Of a stretch of 64,000 nt of DNA, positions 13,144 to 26,799 are shown one piece after another. This DNA comes from Calcarisporiella thermophila CBS 279.70 (Eukaryota; Fungi; Calcarisporiellomycota). How positions within the stretch are numbered: the first letter of the stretch is position 1; each line of letters begins with the position of its first letter. The notes below the pieces were generated by a model that had not been told where the DNA came from, did not search any database, and saw only the letters and a program-made list of their open reading frames with translations. The position numbers were made by a program, and so were the translations under genes. The stretch lies in contig NW_027192218.1 of the NCBI RefSeq assembly GCF_041956535.1, forward strand, positions 15,728-79,727, in the 5' to 3' direction.

Positions 13144-15118
13144 ATGGCAACCACGCAGCAGGCTGCGACTATTGTTGAGGAGGAATACCATGTTCCGAAG
13201 ATCCCTCTTACAAGTAGGCGTCATAATGGCTCATTGGCCGCCGCGCAGAGACTAACCCCCCCACCTCTTCTTGTTTGTTTCAAGATTTTGTTCTGAGACC
13301 CATTGCGCAAGTTGTTATCAATCAGTCCGTGCTTGAATTTGACATTGTCGAAATTGCTGAACCCCGAGAGAATGAGTTCAAAGCTTCGATTCGCGGTCTC
13401 ATTTCCAATGCCGGGCCCTTTCCTGCCAAAATAACTTTCCAGAAGCCCATTACGTTGCTCTGGCGCAACCGAAAACTCGCGTCGATGCGTCTCCCACCCC
13501 TGAAAACCAGTGGGACCAACGGCGCTGCACTCGACATGGTGGTCGAAGGCAGAGTTCTGGATCATGCTGCCATGACCGACAGCTGTGCTTACATGATGAA
13601 CAATGAAAATTTCGAATGGGAAGTCTTGTGCGACCACCTCGACATCTCGGTGCTGGGAATCAACATTGTGGGTTTGAAGATGCGCAAGAAGCTCCCTCTC
13701 AAGGGAATGAACGCGTTCCGAGGAAGCGTTTCGGTTAACTCGTGGGACCTTCCTGCCGATGAACCCGACGGCATTACCCTTGTGTCCAACTTTGGAATCT
13801 TGAACCCCAGCGCCATTGGGATGACCGGGAACCATGTTGTATTCAATCTCTTTTACAAGGATACCGTCATCGGAAGGATCTGTGAGTGGCTGTTCTCGGT
13901 GTGCTCGCCCCCTCTCGATGGAATTTGCTTACTGACTCTACTTTCTATCCTCTAGATATGGATAACCAGCCTATCCGGCCTTTCACCCGTAATGTATTTG
14001 ATCTCAAGGGCGTGTTCCTTCCTCAGAAGACCAGCCAGGGGATCGCGATCTTGTCCGAGATGTTCTCGAACTATGTCAGCGGCATTCACAATCCGGTGTA
14101 TGCCGTCGGGGTTGAGGTGCACGGCCCAGATGGCCGCGTGGAATGGCTCTCCAACGCCATCCAGCAGCTTCGCTTCGACGTGGTGATTCCCTCTCCCAAG
14201 CGCTTGCAAGTGATCAGCGAGCTGACTCTGAAGGACTACGAGATCGTCTTCGAGCCGGGGACGGACGGCTACTCCCCCATCACGTCGAACAAGAACGCCG
14301 AAATTACTATGAAGCTGCCATTCAACTTTATGGTCAACGTGAAGCACGTGGAGGCCACTCTGGAGATCTGCGAAAATGGCAAGAAGTTGGCCGAGATGGC
14401 CCACATCTCCACCCCCGTCCAGTGCAACCCTGAGCCGGGGGGCGGATTCGTGCGGGTGGGCTACCCGAGGACCCCGATGGTCATGAATCCAGCGATGAAG
14501 GACTCGCTGCACCGCTTCATGGACAAGCTCACACTGGAGTCGGACGCGACGATTGAGCTGACGGGAATCATCAACGCCAACATCGAGTGTGCGGTAGGCA
14601 CGCTGGAGGTCCGTGGCAACCGGTTCGAAAACAAGGTGCGCGTCCAGGGAATGAACGGCCTCCGCACCAAGATGCCTGAGCAGGCGTCTCCCATCCAATG
14701 GAGCAACATCGGGAAGGGCAAGGTGGGTTTCAGTGTCATTGCAAGCTATTTCAATCCAGGGATCATCTCCGCACACGTCGGCGACGTTCATTTCGATTTG
14801 TACTATAATGATACCAAAGTTGGCAGTGCCAGTATCTCCAATCTAAGTATCGTACCCAGCAACTCAACGGTGCGCATCCGAGGCGCCATTGACGTTACAA
14901 ATCCTAACAAGAGCTTGGTGGATCTCGCGCTGGCGTGGTCCGCCCCAGATGGTGTGCTCGAGTTCACTGGTAGAGGTCATAGGGCCTCGACCGAGATAGA
15001 AAGTTTGAAGCATACTTTCTCCAAATTCTCGCTCCCTATCAAGATTTCTCGCACTTTTAATGGCAACACGACCCCGATTCCTCCAGAACTGGAGGCCATC
15101 ATGAAATTACTTCAATAG
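13144..15118 (+). CDS. DUF3712 / Tag1-like repeated LEA_2-type beta-sandwich protein, paralog 1; exons ~13144-13213, 13285-13881, 13956-15118
   Basis: GLISNAGPFPAKITF..LWRNRKLASMRLP; KKLPLKGMNAF..SWDLPADEPDGITL..ILNPSAIG; FNPGIISAHVGDVHFDLYY; collinear with the 59883-62434 gene. Confidence 0.8.
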
Positions 15119-15399
15119 TTGTGTAGTATTGTTTTTGCATTCCTTTCATGCTTTTCATTGTCTTTTCGACTATTTAATGCCTATCCTTTCTAAGCTTCTT
15201 CGTTAGTCTAAATATCTCTGAGGGGAGCGATTGGTGCTTTGCTAACTAACTTAACATTAACTTCACATTATATATTGATATATATTTTTTTGTACACAAA
15301 ATAAATTAATGATTGTAAACTTGATCTTGGCGATGGCATAAACTGGAAGGCAAAGCAGTATTGGAGAAATGCAATCCGATGACAAAAACAATCCCTCCC

Positions 15400-16864
15400 T
15401 CAATTTCTCTTCCGCTTTTTCTTGATTTCTCTCTTAGCCTTGGAGAAGTTGGATCGGGATTTCTTGCGCGGCCCGCTCGTGCCCACGAGATCATCGAAGA
15501 GCTCACCCACAGCCGACTTGGTTCGCTTCGTAGGGCGTGACTAAGAGTTGGATGAATCGGCGTTATATAAGCGTTGTATAAGCGAGCTCAGTAATCAAAC
15601 AACAAACAATAGAATCCACTAAAACACTCACCACTGTTCCTTCCACCTCTTCGTCGTCGATTTCTTCATCCTTAAATCTCCGCTGCTTGCGTCTCTCCAG
15701 CACATTCTTGCGATCTTTCTCCTCATCCTCGTTATGAACTCCTGCAATCGACGAGAAATCTTCCAGTTTCTAGAGAAATGCAACCGGGTTAATATATCGT
15801 AGGGTCAAAAGGGGGAAAGAACAAAAAATACCTCAAACTCATCCTCCAACCGTTGGATCCCAAGCTTCTTCTTGTCCTTTTTGCTCAATAATAATCTAGT
15901 GAAATTGGCCTCTTCATATTCCTCTCGTTCACGTAACCGCTCTTGCTGCTCGCGTGCCATCATGCCTTCATGCACTCCACCCGTGGCATCCACCTCCTCC
16001 GGCCGATCGTCGTATTCAGCCACCAAATCCCGCATGAGACGCGATTTGGATGCTCTTTGGCGAGCCCGAGCCTCCTCACGCTCACGTTTGGAAATGGGAG
16101 TGGAGTCATCGTAATGTAGTGGTGCAATTTTGGGTGCTCGGTATACAGCATCTTCAGCGTCAGCGGTATCTTCAAGGTTGGGTTCGTTGCTGGAGGATTG
16201 GAGGAGATTTTGAGGATTTGGTTTGAATTGCAAGGGATCAGACACCATCGCCACCGCGGTTGGCACGCTTTTACCGGTTTCAGTCGCACCCACCGTTGCT
16301 GCTCGGATTAGTTTATCGATCTGGTACTTGAGTTTCTGTTCAACGGGTTTGATTTTCTCTAGTACTACACGCAATTCGGCTAAGGAGTCAATAACGGGAT
16401 GATCTTCGATTTTTTTGCCATCAAGTTTGAGAAGTACAAGAAAGGCAAGATTGGTGATGTATTGGAGCAAGAGATCTAAAGGTGGGAGATGTAAGGAGGA
16501 ATGAGAAAAATTTGAAGTGAGGCACAAAGTCGGGAGAGTGCGAAACTTACTGTATTTTACTTCGAGTAAACTGATGCCTTTGGAGGTCTTAATCTCGCCG
16601 CTCTGAGCTCTTAATAAGGAAGACATTTCTGTTCAGGGGTCTTTTCATGGGCACCGGAATTCTTAAAGTATACTTACTTGTCAACAGTAGGTTTCAAGTG
16701 CTCTTGTAACTCTTTTACTTTTTTTGTTAGATCTCTTAAGAGGGTAGGAAATTTATCTAGACACGACAACATAGAAATCAGCCAGTTAACATCAAAACTT
16801 GAAGCGAAAGTGATAAAGGCACGCGATATCCGAGGACATTACCTGCATCTTGGGGCCCACTCAT
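15400..16864 (-). CDS. LCP5: U3 snoRNP protein Lcp5/neuroguidin (Sas10/Utp3/C1D domain), multi-exon
   Basis: TSKGISLLEVKY|..LLLQYITNLAFL..LAELRVVLEKIKPVEQKLKYQIDKLIRAA; KPNPQNL; VYRAPKIAPLHY; REEYEEANFTRL; basic C-terminus KKKRKRN*. Confidence 0.92.
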
Positions 16865-17060
16865 GATTGAATGAGTACGACTATTGAATGGGGTGATATT
16901 TGGATATACAATTATTTTATTAAGAATGGCCCACTATGTTTGTAAACAGTTGTGACTGCCTATTTTATGTTGAAGCTCCGACTCACGTGCCTTCTATCCT
17001 TTAGCCTCAACGGCAAGTAGTGATATAGGTTGGATAAATAGACACAAAAGCGCCAAGCCC
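16865..17060. promoter_or_regulatory. Short bidirectional promoter (LCP5 / ABC1 kinase) containing E-box TCACGTG
   Basis: Head-to-head ATGs 196 bp apart; TCACGTG at 16983-16989. Confidence 0.5.
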
Positions 17061-19431
17061 ATGTCACATCGCTTCCTTACATTCATATGCACACGGCGTT
17101 CCAATGTCGACCCAAACCTTTCTCTCCGCTCCGCCTCTCAACTCATCCGAGTAAATCACCATTCCTCGCGTCTTGCACCCCCCAGCTCCTACCCCTGCAT
17201 TCGGCCTAGATTCCATTCACGGTGGCCAAACCAAGAGTTCGAACTTGGTTCTTCGCGAAGCTATGTTACAAAACTGTCTAGGTTTAGGCGTCCCTCTAAG
17301 CCTCTGCCAATTACAACTCCCCATGCTAAACCTCTCCCTGTTTTTCGATCCCGCCGTCTCCTTAATGCACTCTATGGTGCTGTTGGGCTCACTACGGCGG
17401 CGCACATTGTAATGCTTTTGTGGAACCCCGACTATCGTGAAAAGAACTCAAGAGTATGGGTGGGAGCGCTGAGAACAGGCGTCACATTTTTGGTTGGGTA
17501 ACCTATGGTTCTTTAGTTCGATTACAGTCTTAAATACTAAATGCATATCAAGAGGACTATGCATAGCAGACTATAAGCTCCTCCACTGGCGATACGTGGG
17601 TTCTGGCTATAATACTGATGAGTACAAGGCTGCGAGGCGTGTAGTACATGCCCGAAGCGCGGAGAGACTGCTTTCCCTATGCAAACTTAACGGTGGTATG
17701 TAATTTCTCCATGGATCTAAGAGGCGAAAATGCTCTTGAGGTTAAAATGCTTCCAACTATTAGGAATATTTACCAAGGCGGGACAGCACATTGCCTCTCT
17801 AACATTTATCGTTCCACCGGAATATACGCAAACCCTATCAATTCTCCAGGATCGCGCACCCTACCGAAGCATGGAGGAAGTGGTGGAGGTGTTTAAGCGC
17901 GAATTCAACGCTTCTCCCTTTGAACTATTTGAAGAGTTTGATGAGACACCTCTTGCTGCTGCAAGTTTGGCACAAGTTCACCGTGGTAAGTTCGTCTTGA
18001 TCACAATTTGGTATAGAGGATGAGTAACCAAGCGGCTTTCCAATACGATAAGCTAAAACAAGAGATGGCAGAGTGTGCGCAGTAAAGGTCCAATACCCTG
18101 ACGTTCGCGAGTTGTTCCATACGGATATCTGGACCTTTCAAACCATCACCAAGGTGATAGAGTGGATGTTTCCGGAATTTCAGCTGGGCTGGATAGTCAA
18201 GGTAATTCGAATTAGTCCGTTCTAAATGATTCCAACTGCACTCTAATAGTTGGGCGCCTATCTAATAGGATTTCCGGGAGCAGCTGGAGGCGGAATTCGA
18301 TTTCACGAAGGAAGCTCATAACAGCGAGGGAACTCAACAGAGGTTCAGTCATCGACAAGATGTTCTCAAGATACCGTGCATATATTGGGATCTTACGACT
18401 GAGCAAAGTTTGTATTGTTGAAACCGCTAAACAACGAATCTGGGCTCTACCCTAACTCTCTCCTCTTGAACGACATCACTTTCACTAGTTTTGACCATGG
18501 AATTTGTCGACGGAGTCAAAGTCAATGACGTGGAAAGTCTTCGGAAAATGGGCGTGGATCCAAAGTGGGTTGCCTCGAGATTACTGGAGATATTCGCGGA
18601 GATGTAAGTGGGATTCATTCCTGACCTATCTGCATTCTCTCAATAGTGCTGCTATGAACACAGGATATTTGTTCATGGAGTGTTGCATGCCGATCCACAC
18701 GCAGGCAACGCCATGGTGACTCTCGATCCGAAGAGTAAAAAACCGCTGCTCGTCCTCTTAGATCATGGCTTTTATAAGTCATTGTCAAAAGATTTTCGCC
18801 TCAGCTATTGTCAGCTCTGGAGGGCCCTCCTCTTTAATGATCAAGAAGGACTCAAAGAAGCTGCGACCCGCCTTGGGGTGAGCCAATATGCCGAGGTATG
18901 CACATTGTAAATGGCAATCTATTTTTTGGGCCCATTTAAATTGTATTCATTTTTTACTCTGTTTTCAAGGTGTTTCCTCTCATCATGACAAACCGACTGC
19001 CGCCAGTGGTAGCGACCACGCCTTTAGGCGAAGAGATGTCAACTGAAGAAAAGAAGCAGGTCAGGAGTTCCTTTAAGCATCTCGCCATCTCAGATGTATT
19101 TGTGTTTCTCGAGAGTTTGCCACGAGACATGCTGCTAGTCTTCCGCAGCAATAGCATTGTACGCGGTATTCACAAGGAGTTGGGGGGATGGGTCGGGGAG
19201 CGCTTCTCGATCAATGCGAAATATGCAACCAAGGGACTTTGGTACTCGCGTGCAGAGGATGAAAGAGACGTCGGAATCTGGATCCGGCTGGTGCGTCGTC
19301 TCGGATACATAGGGGACAGGGTAATGACGGAGACTAGGATTTGGGCAGCAGAATTTTTGATAAGAATGTCGCGATGGTGGTCTGGCTGGAGTCGCGGCTT
19401 GGTCGCAGCGGCAGAAGGCGTTGCTATTTAG
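17061..19431 (+). CDS. Mitochondrial ABC1/UbiB atypical kinase (ADCK1/ADCK5/Mcp2 type), multi-exon
   Basis: Arg/Ser-rich presequence, then a TM segment; KAGQHIAS, LQDRAP, PLAAASLAQVHRA, AVKVQYP, LTMEFVDG, HADPHAGN, LLDHG. Confidence 0.92.
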
Positions 19432-20082
19432 AGAGAGTTTAAGGTGCAGGTATTAATATTTAGAAGAACAAAGAGATTTGGTTGACAGAAATCTTGGCAT
19501 TTGTAAATTGTTATTTATGATTGGGAATATTTATGGGAGCCCGCCCTCCTAGTTAGAGAAATAAATTAGATATGAGGATTTGCCTGTTTTTTGTTTTTTG
19601 TTAAATGGTTTTACAAGAGAATCCCTCGGGACAAGCTTTCTATTTTGAATACTAGCTGAAAGTGTAAATGGATAGATCACTCTGATGGGGTTGACCCGGT
19701 TCCAGGTACAAACCTATTTCGCGTCTTTTCTATATTTTATTTAGCGTTTATTCTATCCTAAGGTGGATAAAATGTCATTGAGAATTATTTCAATTTTCTT
19801 ATAGAGTTGTCCTTAGTGACCTCATTTGAACCCGTCCATTTCAAGCAGCAATTATTCTCAATGTGAACAGGAGACTATTCCAATTATGCATTATGTGGAT
19901 GTTACAATGGACCGTGCCTTTTATTATTTACTGTTGAGAAGGAGAATTATATAATATCTTTCAAAAGTATATTCAGCTGCAATTTTGCAGAGCTAGCCAT
20001 AAAATACTAATAGTTATATGAATGTATACAATGCTCAATGGACTATACTCCCATATTCTGCACAAAGGATCCGACCTCTCTT

Positions 20083-20544
20083 TTAAGAGATGGTGATACG
20101 GCGCGAGCCTGGAGCCTCACCCTTGGCAATGCGCACGGTCAGGACACCGTTTTCAAAGTTTGCCGTGGCTTTGTCGGTCTGAAGGTGAGGAGGCAACTGG
20201 ACACTTCGAGAGAAGTTACCGTAGCGGCGCTCCGTCACGTGGCGGTTCGCGTTCTCGTAGGTCTTATCCTCAGTGTGCTCTCCGCTGACCGTCAACACCT
20301 GGTCGCGCACATCGATATTCACCTTGTCTTTGGGAACTCCGGGCAGTTCCATTGTAACCACCATATCTTTCTCCGTCTCATGAACGTCCATGCGTGGGAC
20401 CCATCCGCGAGCGGAGATGGTGCCGCCGCTGGTCACGTCGCGCGAGCCGACCGTGTCACGCCAGAAATCGTTCATAATGCGGTTGATGGAGCGCTCGAAG
20501 TTGCGGAAGTCGTTGTCGAAGGGGGTAGTGGTAATTAGAGACAT
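20083..20544 (-). CDS. Small heat shock protein (Hsp20/alpha-crystallin), paralog 1, intronless
   Basis: PRMDVHET..ELPGV..LTVSGE..ERRYGNFSRSVQLP..ANFENGVLTV; C-terminal ITI (IXI) motif. Confidence 0.96.
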   Translation of the reverse strand: MSLITTTPFDNDFRNFERSINRIMNDFWRDTVGSRDVTSGGTISARGWVPRMDVHETEKDMVVTMELPGVPKDKVNIDVRDQVLTVSGEHTEDKTYENANRHVTERRYGNFSRSVQLPPHLQTDKATANFENGVLTVRIAKGEAPGSRRITIS

Positions 20545-20637
20545 TGTTTTAATTCAAGGAGACTTTTGTTAATGTTTTGAGTGGTAGAGAGAATAGAATG
20601 ATGGTCGAGGAGAAGAGAGGGACCGAGGAGCTCTCTC

Positions 20638-20751
20638 CTTTATATAAAATCTTCGAATGGGAAAATTTTTCGAGAGCCATCTAGTTAATTTTCACAAATT
20701 TGGAATTGGAAGAGCAGGGGCGTTCGCTTGTCATCTCGAATCTTCTACAAT
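20638..20751 (-). promoter_or_regulatory. TATA box and heat-shock-element-like array upstream of Hsp20 paralog 1
   Basis: TATATAAA on the minus strand at ~20639-20646; alternating cATCtcGAAtcTTCtaCAAt at 20732-20751 (2 perfect and 2 one-mismatch nGAAn units). Confidence 0.55.
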
Positions 20752-22379
20752 TTCAATCCCTTTCTATCCCTTTCTGTGCAATCTACGCCGAATTCAGATG
20801 GGGTTTTCATAATGGTAAAAGCGCAGCCAACTAAGCCCTCCAAGGCAGGCATTTCTCGGTCTGACTGCATTGCAAGGCGCACCCTAAAATAAATCATTCC
20901 CCGTAGCCTCGTTTAATAATTGATGCGAGACTGGAGCTGCATACTAGCTTCGCTCACCCCAACAAGACTCTCCCAGTGGCCCACTTATAAATAGCTCAAA
21001 AACTGCATCCGGTTGTGGCTAATGGGAGCGCCATCTGCGCACATGCTTCCACTCTAAATGCTCTATCCGAAATCTACATGCTTCATGCTGTATTAACGAA
21101 AAATTCCGAGGAAATGATCTCATTCTTTTGAAGAAGCTTAGGATATGGATTAGCTCAGTAGGCTAGCAGTCAGAGATTCAAGCCAAGGGGAAGGAGCCAT
21201 GCACTACGAAAACGGCTAGTTTAAGCCGTATATTGATGCGTAACTTCCCTCCCACAACTATCGGTTTCTTTGATGTTTCGAACTTAAAGTATGGGCAGCC
21301 ATGAATAAAAGTAAAAACAACAATATCCTGTATACAATGCAATGCCCTCGTAGGATTTTTGGTTGAGACTTTTTCTTCTCACTAAAGCCTGCATGATTCT
21401 CTCCATCTTGTTCAGTCCTGGAATATTCAAAGATGAAAATTCGTAAATGGCGTGAGCATGTTCCGCATTGCTACAAATTGACAACTAAAGTTTATTTCTG
21501 CCCCATTTCTAGACGCGTAAGATGATCAGAAAAGCGCGAAAATAAACAAAAAGAATATGAGCTATGGGTGGGAACTACTCACGAAGCCTTTAGAATTAGT
21601 CATTCGCAAGTTTTGCGTGTATAGCAGGACCCAGCTTATGGTCACCGTCATGCTGTATTTCGCTAATAACTATATCATTTTAATATCCAATGCGATCATT
21701 GAATATAGTCAAGATGGAGTTTAGAAATACGGGATTGTATTGAGAGTTTCCAGTTGTTGTAATGGAACTATGGAGAGTATATCAGGAAGACAGAAAACCA
21801 GAGAGACTATCACGAGGCTCTACTCCGACTTTCAGATAATATTTGCAGTGTATATAAGCAAGTACATTTAACTGTATCATTAATGACATATGGTCTGAGC
21901 TAATATAGGTAGCTTAACTATATTCCAGGAACTGCTGAAATAAAAATCAATGAACTCGATAATTAACATACGAATTTAGATGAATCTTGCTGCACTCTAT
22001 TCGGTGGAAGAATGGAGTCTCCCTATTGCAAATCACTACTTATCTCTATAATCATAAGACTACAAGGATACTAACGTATGGCCCAGAGTAGAGACAAAAG
22101 AAAGCATCCCAAAAAATCAGGCTTGCTAATAATATCTACGAAAACGCCTTATATTTGAAGCTTCGTATTAAACATTTAGTCCACGCAGGCACTGGGTCCT
22201 GCGAGACCCAATTTCATCATAATGGCTCTCAGGTTTCAGACTTCCATTCAGTGGGTAACTATCTTTGCTATCCCATTCGTCCAATCAAGTCCAAGTGACG
22301 CGAAGAAAAGTTCAAGCTCTTCGATCTCTTCATCTTCACTAGCGATTAGGACGACAATAAGCAAAAGGGCACCCAGACC

Positions 22380-24097
22380 ATGGAGTATGAAGATGTACTT
22401 CTCAATCAACCCATCGTAATCGATAATGTATGCGCATATCATCGACTCAAAACGCGTTCAGATGATATAATGTTCATTATTGTGTTTTTATTTATTTCTG
22501 TCATTGTGTTTAATAGGGATCTGGGGTTATCAAGGCAGGTTTTGCTGGAGACGAGCAACCCAAATGTTTCTTTCCGTCATTGTATGCATTCTCCTTTCAC
22601 TGCCGTTTCAGTTCGTGTTGACAATCAGCCTTATTAACTGCACCCCGTTTTTGTATAGTGTCGGGCGACCCAAGCATGTGCGCATCATGGCTGGTGCGGT
22701 TGAGGGCGATGTGTTCATTGGACGAAGGGCACAGGAACTTCGCGGGCTTTTAAAAGTAAAATACCCAATGGAGCATGGAATTGTAACGGACTGGGACGAC
22801 ATGGAGAGGATCTGGCAGTACATCTACGCTGAGGAACTCAAGACATTATCTGAAGAGGTAAAAGATGAATAATAGACTTGTTCTATCTGGCCATATAAAC
22901 ATTCTCCCACACCTTTTTTTTATACCGCAGCATCCGGTCCTCCTTACTGAAGCGCCACTTAATCCGAGACAAAACCGCGATCAAGCTGCACAGATATTCT
23001 TTGAGACATTCAATGTTCCTGCACTCTTCACTTCAGTTCAAGCTGTTCTTAGTTTGTGCGTGCGCCTTTGTTGAATACTTCCAAAATTTCTTGACGTCAA
23101 ATGGTTGTCTCTTCTTTGTTTAGATATGCTTCTGGGCGGACAACAGGTGTGGTGCTTGACTCTGGAGACGGAGTTACACATACGGTCCCTGTATACGAAG
23201 GATTTGCCATGCCACATGCTATTCGACGTGTGGATATTGCTGGAAGGTTAGAGCCGAGTTTTTGTTTTCCCCTCAGTGGAGCATGCTATTCATATTTTAT
23301 ACGTGATGTTTTCAATGTTCAGAGATGTGACAGAGCATCTACAGCTACTTCTTCGCAAAGCTGGTTATCACTTCCACACAACAGCAGAGAAAGAGGTGGT
23401 AAGAATAATCAAGGAGAAAACATGCTATATCGCATTAAATCCTGCCAAAGAGGAGAAGGAGACGGCAGGAAAGACGGACGATTTCATGCTGCCTGATGGA
23501 CATATCATTAAGGTACACCACCCCGAGTCAGCGTGTTTTGGGTTGAGTTTGCCTCACCTCTTCCTACTCTTAGCTCGGGCCTGAACGTTTCCGTGCACCG
23601 GAAATCCTCTTCAACCCTGAACTCGTCGGCCTGGAATATGCGGGTATTCACCAGGTGGTCACCGATTCCATCAGCCGTGCTGACCTCGATCTTCGAAAGT
23701 CTCTCTTCTCCAATGTGGTCCTCTCGGGTGGCTCAACTCTGTGCAAGGGTAAATTCCCGTTACTGTTCCCATTGCTTGCACCTGTGGTTTTTCACACCCA
23801 CCTTCCCTCGCTATTTTTAGGTTTCGGCGATAGGCTTCTCAACGAGGTGAAGAGACTAGCCCCACGAGACATCAAGATCAAAATCTATGCCCCCCCCGAA
23901 AGAAAATATAGCACCTTCATTGGGGGATCTATTTTGGCATCGCTTAGTACATTTAAGAAGGTAGTGTCTAGTTTGGTCGAAAGACGCTTGGCAGGAAGTT
24001 AAAGCATAAATAACCTGTTTCCTCTTTTGCATAGATGTGGGTATCCGCGGAAGAGTATCAGGAAGACCCCGATATCATTCACAAACGCCAGTTTTGA
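22380..24097 (+). CDS. ARP1: Actin-related protein 1 (centractin, dynactin filament), multi-exon
   Basis: [19 protein letters not shown]; [21 protein letters not shown]; [21 protein letters not shown]; [14 protein letters not shown]; [13 protein letters not shown]. Confidence 0.96.
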
Positions 24098-24641
24098 TTC
24101 CTCTTGTTCACTAAAGCCGTTCGATTCTCTTATTTCTTTGTTTTTTGATATTTTTTTTGTCATTATCTTCTTTTCCTTTCCATTTTTCTTTTTTCTATCT
24201 TTTTCCCGTGGATGGGAGACACAATCTACAAATAATTAATAAACATCAATTTGACAAACATAAACAATGACAGGAAGCCAATTTTAAATGCTTTTCGGAG
24301 AAGGATGATTGGAAGGAAAGTGACGGTTAAGACAGATGTTATTGAAAATGACCGATCCGAGGCTAGCATTTGCTGATTTAAAATAAAGCAACCTGCGCTC
24401 TTTGGAGAAGCCTTCTCCATCATCAGTTAAATCAATTTCCCTTTCCCTTCCTTTCCTTTCCTTTCTTTTTAATTAGCCCGCGTCTTCATCAAAAGTCTTG
24501 TTCATAGCCTGCTATTGGCGGTAAGTGATCTGCTGATTGTCTCATTCTCGTCGTGGATTCTTGGCATGCATCCCTCCATTCGATTCTAAAAGCTCATTCT
24601 TGATGGCATGCTTTTGTTTTTTTTTGTTATTCGCATTAGAC

Positions 24642-24965
24642 ATGGGATTGCAAAAAGGGACAAATTACTCCGAGACCAAGCTGCAGCGCTTGCTCGAATA
24701 CAATAGACGACTAGAGGAGCAGCTGAAGAGGGAGCGTGTTCCGGTCTCGGTTGCTAGTGACTCGTAAGTAGCCCACATTTCCCTCCTCCATTTCTTTCAA
24801 CTAGCCGTCCTTTCACCAAGCTAACCGAACTCTTCTCCTACGACTAACAGTCTGATACAATATGTGTCCACCACTCGAGATTATCTAGTGCCCTCCGTGT
24901 GGAACACTGCCGGAACAGCGGACCCTTTCAATTCGGCCAGGTCAAATCAATGCGCGATCTTGTGA
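24642..24965 (+). CDS. Heterotrimeric G protein gamma subunit (2 coding exons)
   Basis: SETKLQRLLEYNRRLEEQLKRERVPVSVASDS|LIQYVSTTRDYLVPSVW..DPF..QCAIL* (GGL domain plus CaaX). Confidence 0.92.
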
Positions 24966-26091
24966 AGCTCGAGCAGGCGTCGTATTTATTTGTTACTTCT
25001 GTATTTATTGGTTTCCCCCATATACGCTGCTGTGGAGAAGTGTCGCTCTACCACTGTTTTATCACTTATTTTCTAATATTTAATGCCGATATACATGCTT
25101 ATATATATTTATATATTATGAGATGATACATACATTGTGAACGAAGCGGTTATGGAGTATATATAAGGCCGTTTTCAATAAAGCGGAACATGCTTAAATT
25201 TGACTCAATATGCATCTGTTTGTCTGGACCCTTTATTTGACCCATCCTCTCAGAACGATTCTGGCTTGACACTGCAGATGTCAAATACGTCAAATTGACG
25301 GATAAAATAAATGTAACTCTCTACATTGCCAACGTTCCGCATAAGAGAAAGAACGTCGCACTCTATCATCGCTGATAGTATACGTATGATTGGATTCAAC
25401 TTTAGGCTTAACCTTAGTTAGCATGCCTATACGTTGAGCGACTTTGGTCGACTACCCATATAATAATGGAGAAAAAATGGACTAATAGCATGAATCTGGT
25501 TATAGAAGCTGGCCACATTGACGAAACAAACGATTAAGTCATTTTCCACGGAGCACTGCATAATGTCATGGCATTTGGCGTCAATCAAAGCCATACCCCT
25601 CCAATGGAAACATCATCATTTGATTTCCAGCAAAGGATAATGACAGGGAAAGCTGGTTTTCTATGGGGGTGTTAATGTAAGGGCACGTTTAGTATTGCTC
25701 GAAGTGCTCCAATACAAAATTAGATAAGATGAGCAGCCTCGGAACGCAATGGCTTTCTGGACTCAAATGCTATGCAATGGCTATGTGAATATCAGGTATG
25801 CATTATCGGAGGAGTGGGAGTGGAGCCCAGATGAATATACAACACTTATGTGGACGAAGATGGTGGAGTTGCTCGAGCCATGTATGCACAAGGTAGAGCG
25901 GAGGAGTAGAAGTGCCTACCGGAACCTCGAGTCCTGATATGGATGCGTGAATAGAATCTAAGTCACTCCAAATCGACCACTGTAGAGAGACTGGGACTTG
26001 GTGTGGCTTATATCGTCCCGAACAGAAAACAAAATTTACCATCGTCTATCGCGATCTTGCTCCATCCCAAAAGCCCAAACTAAATTCACCC

Positions 26092-26420
26092 ATGAAGCTA
26101 CGCCATCTAAAGGTCCGTCCACGCAAGCTCCAGGCAGCCGCCCCCTGTCTTCCAGAGATGAGCGCAATGCTTGACTGCTGGTCGAAGACAGGTGTGGATG
26201 CCCCCATGTGTGCCCACACGGCCAAGGCGCTCGCCAACTGCATGCAGAATCTGGTAAGTTGGATTTTGGATTTCACTTAGTATTAGAGGCAGAAGATGCT
26301 CGGGAGCTAGGCTGGCAACTAGGATATGTTCACTAATTTACCTTCATTCGATAGCCCAAACGGAGTAAGCAAGCTAACTCGATCAACTATCATTTGGCAA
26401 GGCTTGGAAAACTTCTGTAA
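26092..26420 (+). CDS. MRP10: Mitochondrial ribosomal protein mS37 (Mrp10/CHCHD1, twin Cx9C), 2 exons
   Basis: LKVRPRK..PCLPEMSAMLDCW..CAHTAKALANCM|PKRSKQANSINYHLARL. Confidence 0.88.
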
Positions 26421-26799
26421 TTCTCTCACCTCGCAGTATGTTTGTCCCGATGACCCTCATGCGCTAAAATTGGATCCTTAGACTCTTTCTCCTATCTCTT
26501 TCTTCCTCTTCTATTCTTTACACCCTTCTTTCGTTTTGTATACTTTACCACTGCATGTTTCTTTTTATTGTTTATTTCTAATAAACCGAAGGAAAAAAAA
26601 TTGTATATTTAGAACACGATGCTCTGTCTCGGGTGAACCAAGAATGGAGGAGGGTACAGGATGAGGAACCGGAGGAAAAACGAAAGGGATATGAGATCTG
26701 ATACAGTTGTTTTGTCAAGTCAAAAAATATATATTCATATAAATATACAAGACGAAGAACATAATATAAGCACTACAATAAATATAGTCGGGTTCCTAT

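Noticed and set aside
20038-20538. Antisense ORFs opposite Hsp20 (also 13952-14791, 32343-32969 and 47222-47836 opposite other genes)
   Set aside because: GC- and codon-bias shadows of genuine genes on the other strand
21148-21185. A-box-like TAGCTCAGTAGG with a weak B box
   Set aside because: Spacing too short and no cloverleaf
25749-25937. Trp-rich 62-aa ORF between G-gamma and mS37
   Set aside because: No family motif or clear gene structure; possibly a remnant, unsupported
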